DNA from: a virus
Lineage: Duplodnaviria; Caudoviricetes
Length of the DNA: 24,973 nt
IMG/VR virus record: IMGVR_UViG_3300011409_000016
Span: 1-24,973 of that record
Strand: one strand, 5' to 3'
Of the stretch, positions 24,541 to 24,973 are shown piece by piece. The notes under the pieces are model-generated. The model was not told where the DNA came from, did not search any database, and was given only the letters and a program-made list of their open reading frames with translations. The first letter of the stretch is position 1. Each line of letters begins with the position of its first letter. A program made the position numbers and the translations under genes.

Positions 24541-24822
24541 ATGAAAACCAACAAGAGCGTCAAGTCGAATCGTGGCACGTTCGCTTCCTTCGCATTCGTG
24601 AAGATGACCGACAAGGTCCAGGCTGGCATTCAGAGCGTGGTGCTTGACGCGGCCAAGAAAGCGAAGAGGGGCACCGTAGCGGAAATCGCGGCCGTGGCCG
24701 TGAAGCTCGGACTCAAGAAGGTCACGGACCAGAATCCGCTGACGCAAACGCATGTCCACCTGAATCGTCTCAAGGCTCTGAAGGCCGTGAAGCGCATCGA
24801 GTCCGCGAAGAAAGCAGCGTAA
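24541..24822 (+). CDS. Lys/Ala-rich basic protein, possibly winged-helix DNA-binding
   Basis: MKTNKSVKS...GTVAEIAAVAVKLG...HLNRLKALKAVKRI; start chosen from the GATGATGAAG-N9-ATG leader shared with the next gene. Confidence 0.72.
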   Translation: MKTNKSVKSNRGTFASFAFVKMTDKVQAGIQSVVLDAAKKAKRGTVAEIAAVAVKLGLKKVTDQNPLTQTHVHLNRLKALKAVKRIESAKKAA

Positions 24823-24904
24823 GAAACAAAACGCTGTGTGGTGCGCAGGAAAACGGTCCTGCGTATCACAGAGCACTTTTGCTCTGATGATGAAGGAGAA
24901 GGCA

Positions 24905-24973
24905 ATGGCCATCCGAAAATTCTATCGCGGCTCCACCACCTTCAAATGCAATGTCTGCGGACGCGGCACGAGA
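24905..24973 (+). CDS. Small Zn-finger-like protein (partial)
   Basis: AAGGAG RBS; MAIRKFYRGSTTFKCNVCGRGTR, runs off the window. Confidence 0.7.
   Translation, partial: MAIRKFYRGSTTFKCNVCGRGTR

Overview
About 25 kb of a tailed (siphovirus-type) phage or prophage genome. The minus strand (18868 to 1) carries the late operon. It runs: putative small terminase, small ORFs, large terminase, an inserted cassette (HTH, beta-propeller plus glycoside-hydrolase-like gene, lipoprotein, small ORFs), DUF4055-type portal, scaffold, P22-coat-like major capsid, head-tail connectors, tail tube, frameshifted tail chaperones and a tape measure gene cut by the window edge. The plus strand (19495 onward) carries small accessory or early genes (two NUMOD3-like, DUF1653-like, MazG-like, Tat-signal, FmdB-like, SLOG). 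The most unusual signals are in the nucleic acid rather than the ORFs: (1) five hairpins with an identical CGGUG apex in the capsid gene leader; (2) a propeller/glycosidase gene with an apparent -1 shifty stop and an internal SD-led start; (3) a twice-repeated ~71-nt RNA motif with covarying stems, preceded by a ~310-nt structured non-coding region; (4) a perfect 17-bp inverted repeat in the divergent control region. All family calls come from motifs and synteny read by eye; no searches were run.
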